Source: Snowella sp. (GTDB lineage Bacteria > Cyanobacteriota > Cyanobacteriia > Cyanobacteriales > Microcystaceae). Taken from it: DNA of 64,000 nucleotides. How positions within the stretch are numbered: the first letter of the stretch is position 1; each line of letters begins with the position of its first letter. Position numbers and translations under genes: made by a program. Below are positions 60,952 through 64,000 of this stretch, piece by piece. The notes beneath the pieces are model-generated. The model was not told the origin of the DNA, made no database searches, and saw nothing but the letters and a program-made list of their open reading frames with translations. The DNA lies in the NCBI GenBank assembly GCA_035285545.1, contig JAYKGY010000019.1, positions 32,001 to 96,000 on the forward strand. Reading direction: 5' to 3'.

Positions 60952-62136
60952 GTGAAAGTTTTATTTTTGAGCAATGGGCACGGAGAAGATTTAAACGCCA
61001 GCTTGATTTTAAGTGCCTTGCAGGAGTTACAACCTAACTTAAAAATCGGGGCAATGCCCTTAGTCGGCATGGGGAACGCCTACCGTCGTTTAGGGATAGA
61101 CATTATCGGCCCCACTCAAAATTTACCTTCTGGCGGAATTATTTACCTTAATCCTTGGAATTGGGTGAAAGATATTACATCGGGCTTAATTGGGCTAACT
61201 ATCAGACAAATTAAAGCTGTTTTTCATGATTCAAAAACCTGTGATTTACTCATTGCCGTTGGTGATATTGTCCCTATCGCGATCGCTTACCTGACAGGAA
61301 AACCGTTTGTTGCGTTTATTGTTTCTACATCGAGTTACTACGAAGGGCGATTACGTTTACCTTGGATTACGGAATTTTGTTTACGTTCCCACCGTTGCCA
61401 ACAGGTTTTTACACGGGATCAATTTACTGCCGATGATTTACAGCAAAGAGGCATGAAAAAAGCAATTTTTGCCGGTTATCCCATTATGGATGTTTTGCAA
61501 GCGGTTAATTATGACCTTGAACTTGATCCCCAGATCCCGATGATTGCTCTGCTCCCAGGAAGTCGTTTACCCGAAGCCGTCAACAATTTGCAATTACAAC
61601 TCCAAGCCTGCGAAGCGATCGCGCAAACACAACCTGCTCAATTCCGCGCTGCCCTCGTTCCGAGCTTTACGGAAGCAGAATTAAAAAGTTTAGCTGTAAA
61701 GACTGGCTGGGAATATCAAGATTCAGGCAATTTAATCAAGATTATCGGTAATCAATCTCTAACGGTTCTGTGCTACTGGGATGCGTTCGCCGATATTTTA
61801 CAACAGTGTAATTTGGCGATCGGGATGGCAGGAACCGCCGTAGAACAAGCCGTTGGTTTAGGAAAACCCGTTATTCAAATTCCTGGATTTGGCCCCCAGT
61901 TTACCTATGCCTTTGCAGAAGCCCAAATGCGCTTATTGGGAAGTTCCGTAAAAACTGTTGGCAAAAATCCCCAAGAACCTGATTTATACTCAAAAATTGC
62001 CATAACTGTTTGGGAAATTCTCGCTGATTCTGTTTATCTTCAAAATTGCCGACAAAATGGACAAAAGCGAGTCGGTAACGCAGGCGGCTCCCAAGGCATC
62101 GCTCAGCAAATCTTAACCATTCTCAAACAATTGTAA
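60952..62136 (+). CDS. Lipid-A-disaccharide synthase-related glycosyltransferase
   Basis: SNGHGED, LPSGG, LLPGSR.PEA, MAGTAVEQAVGLGKP, GPQFT..FAEAQ.RLLG. Confidence 0.88.
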   Translation: MKVLFLSNGHGEDLNASLILSALQELQPNLKIGAMPLVGMGNAYRRLGIDIIGPTQNLPSGGIIYLNPWNWVKDITSGLIGLTIRQIKAVFHDSKTCDLLIAVGDIVPIAIAYLTGKPFVAFIVSTSSYYEGRLRLPWITEFCLRSHRCQQVFTRDQFTADDLQQRGMKKAIFAGYPIMDVLQAVNYDLELDPQIPMIALLPGSRLPEAVNNLQLQLQACEAIAQTQPAQFRAALVPSFTEAELKSLAVKTGWEYQDSGNLIKIIGNQSLTVLCYWDAFADILQQCNLAIGMAGTAVEQAVGLGKPVIQIPGFGPQFTYAFAEAQMRLLGSSVKTVGKNPQEPDLYSKIAITVWEILADSVYLQNCRQNGQKRVGNAGGSQGIAQQILTILKQL

Positions 62137-62151
62137 TTTCTAGAAATTAAC

Positions 62152-62859
62152 GTGAAATCCTTTGAAATCAGCCAGTTATTAATTTTCGTTCCCCAGGGCG
62201 CAGAATATCAATCTGTAATGCAAGGTTTAAAAAATTGCCCGAATCCGCCCCAAATTTTACCGATCCCCGTAGGAATCGTTCCCGTCACTCGTTATCTCGA
62301 AAATTGGTGGCAAAAACAAGATAAATCTCCATTAGGTTTCAATGCAGTGCTACTAATGGGATTAGGCGGTAGTTTATCAACAGAATTGGGACTAGGACAA
62401 GCCACTTTAATCAAATCTTGTTTAAAACGAGAAAAGGGTGCGCTAACAACAATTCATAACAGTGATCCCCAGTTAAATCTTTGGATTCAACAACGTTTGG
62501 GACATAATGTTTCATTGGTTCAGGGCATTACTAGCGATCGCGTCATTACCCAAGCTACCGAAAAACAAAAACTCGGTCAAACCTTAAATTGTCAAGTTGT
62601 CGATATGGAAGGCTGGGCCGTTTTAGAGTTTTTTGCAGAAAAACAAATTCCTGTGAGCATTTTACGGGTCATTAGCGATGAAGTGAATCAATCTCTCCCC
62701 GATCTCAGCCGCGCCTATGATACTAGTGGGAACTTAAAGGCGATCGCGCTCACGGTTGCTTTATTACAAAAACCGATAGCAGGCTTGAACTTGATTCGAG
62801 GATCTCTCCAAGCCTTAAAACGATTAGAACAGGTGGTATGTAATTTATTTACCCAGTAA
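62152..62859 (+). CDS. Nucleoside phosphorylase-fold (PNP/MTAN-like) protein
   Basis: VPQGAEY, MGLGGSL, VVDMEG, LRVISD. Confidence 0.82.
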   Translation: MKSFEISQLLIFVPQGAEYQSVMQGLKNCPNPPQILPIPVGIVPVTRYLENWWQKQDKSPLGFNAVLLMGLGGSLSTELGLGQATLIKSCLKREKGALTTIHNSDPQLNLWIQQRLGHNVSLVQGITSDRVITQATEKQKLGQTLNCQVVDMEGWAVLEFFAEKQIPVSILRVISDEVNQSLPDLSRAYDTSGNLKAIALTVALLQKPIAGLNLIRGSLQALKRLEQVVCNLFTQ

Positions 62860-62948
62860 CAATCCATTGTTAAATTCTCAAAAATAATTGTGGAATTTCA
62901 AGGCATCCTTGGGTAAACTCAGATTGACTTATCTGTTAATTAATACCG

Positions 62949-64000
62949 ATGAAAGCCCTGATTCTTTCGGGTGGAAAAGGAACTCGTTTAAGGCCCCTAA
63001 CCTATACTGGTGCCAAACAATTAGTTCCCGTTGCTAATAAACCGATTCTTTGGTACGGCATTGAATCCATTGTGGCCGCAGGAATTACCGATATTGGGAT
63101 TATTATTAGTCCTGAAACGGGAGATGAAATTCAAGCTAAAACTGGAAACGGCGATCGCTTTGGCGCACAAATTACCTATATTCGTCAAGAACAACCCCTC
63201 GGTTTAGCCCATGCCGTAAAAGTTGCACGACCCTTTTTGGAAAATAATCCTTTTGTCATGTACTTAGGGGATAACTTAATTCAAGATAGCTTACAAAGCT
63301 TCTTACAAACCTTTAAAGAAAAAGCCTTAGATGCCTTAATTCTATTACGAGAAGTTGAAAATCCCACAGCTTTTGGTGTTGCTGAAATTGATTCCCAAGG
63401 TCGGGTTCTCAAATTAGTCGAAAAACCGAAAATTCCGCCCTCTAATTTAGCATTAGTGGGACTTTACTTTTTTTCTCCCTCAATTCATACTGCCATAGAC
63501 TCTATTCAACCATCGGCTAGGGGAGAGTTAGAAATTACTGATGCGATTCAAGCTTTGATCACTCAAGCCCGAAATGTCGAAGCTTTGCAACTATCAGGAT
63601 GGTGGTTAGATACGGGCAAAAAAGATGATTTATTAGCAGCTAATCAAATTATTTTGGATAGTATTTTAGTCAACAATAATCAGGGAAAGATTGACAATGA
63701 AAGTCAAATAGCTGGTCGAGTTACTATTGGCAAAAATTCTCAAATTATCAACAGTAGTATTCGGGGCCCGGTTATTATTGGCGATAATTGCCATATCGAA
63801 AACAGTTTTATTGGCCCATTCAGTAGTGTTGCTAATCACGTAATTTTACAAGATGTGGATATAGAAAATAGCGTCGTTTTACAACAAGCTCAAGTGATCG
63901 GTATTCAACAACGCATTGTAGATAGCGTCATTGGCCAACGGGTAAAGTTAACAATTGCCCCCCATCCCCCCAAAGCTTTAAGATTTCTCATTGGTGATGA
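62949..64000 (+). CDS. rfbA: Glucose-1-phosphate thymidylyltransferase, long form (runs off the window end)
   Basis: Not in the ORF track. Translation from ATG 62949 gives MKALILSGGKGTRLRPLTYTGAKQLVPVANKP...GELEITDAIQ...WWLDTG. Confidence 0.95.
   Translation, partial: MKALILSGGKGTRLRPLTYTGAKQLVPVANKPILWYGIESIVAAGITDIGIIISPETGDEIQAKTGNGDRFGAQITYIRQEQPLGLAHAVKVARPFLENNPFVMYLGDNLIQDSLQSFLQTFKEKALDALILLREVENPTAFGVAEIDSQGRVLKLVEKPKIPPSNLALVGLYFFSPSIHTAIDSIQPSARGELEITDAIQALITQARNVEALQLSGWWLDTGKKDDLLAANQIILDSILVNNNQGKIDNESQIAGRVTIGKNSQIINSSIRGPVIIGDNCHIENSFIGPFSSVANHVILQDVDIENSVVLQQAQVIGIQQRIVDSVIGQRVKLTIAPHPPKALRFLIGD

Larger units (their letters stand above)
1..64000. repeat. Dispersed HIP1 octamer (GCGATCGC)
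   Basis: Dozens of copies, e.g. 212, 15496, 43644 and 47554; characteristic of cyanobacterial genomes. Confidence 0.95.

Noticed and set aside
1..64000. tRNA or rRNA genes
   Set aside because: I noticed no cloverleaf or rRNA-like sequence in the intergenic regions; tRNAscan-SE would confirm.

Overview
Cyanobacterial chromosomal DNA. The HIP1 octamer GCGATCGC is abundant, and the window carries ccmK3/ccmK4, ndhR, a GUN4-domain gene, pentapeptide-repeat and Uma2 genes; a unicellular Chroococcales/Synechocystis-like host is my inference. Most of the window is housekeeping and scattered accessory genes: ABC-F, mnmE, a diguanylate cyclase, ygfZ, gnd, an SLH porin, phoU, mnx, pgk, ccmK3/K4, eda, PBP1A, aqpZ, an EF-G paralog, folB, ndhR, arsS, def, dnaA, pspA and rfbA. 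There are also two toxin-antitoxin pairs, three gene remnants, an IS701-like transposase with a damaged catalytic triad, and a 97-bp MITE-like element. Cis elements read directly from the sequence include a yybP-ykoY (Mn) riboswitch, a Pho box, two NtcA boxes and a probable NdhR autoregulatory site. The most striking item is a foreign-looking two-gene island at about 44.1-46.1 kb. It encodes a TIR domain fused to a methionine S-methyltransferase (plant MMT / bacterial MmtN)-like domain, followed by a small helical protein, and is a candidate undescribed SAM-linked antiphage system. A second candidate is a DEDDh exonuclease-P-loop ATPase fusion paired with an XRE-HTH/double-zinc-ribbon gene at 51.6-54.5 kb. 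All family calls come from motif recognition by eye; no database search was run.
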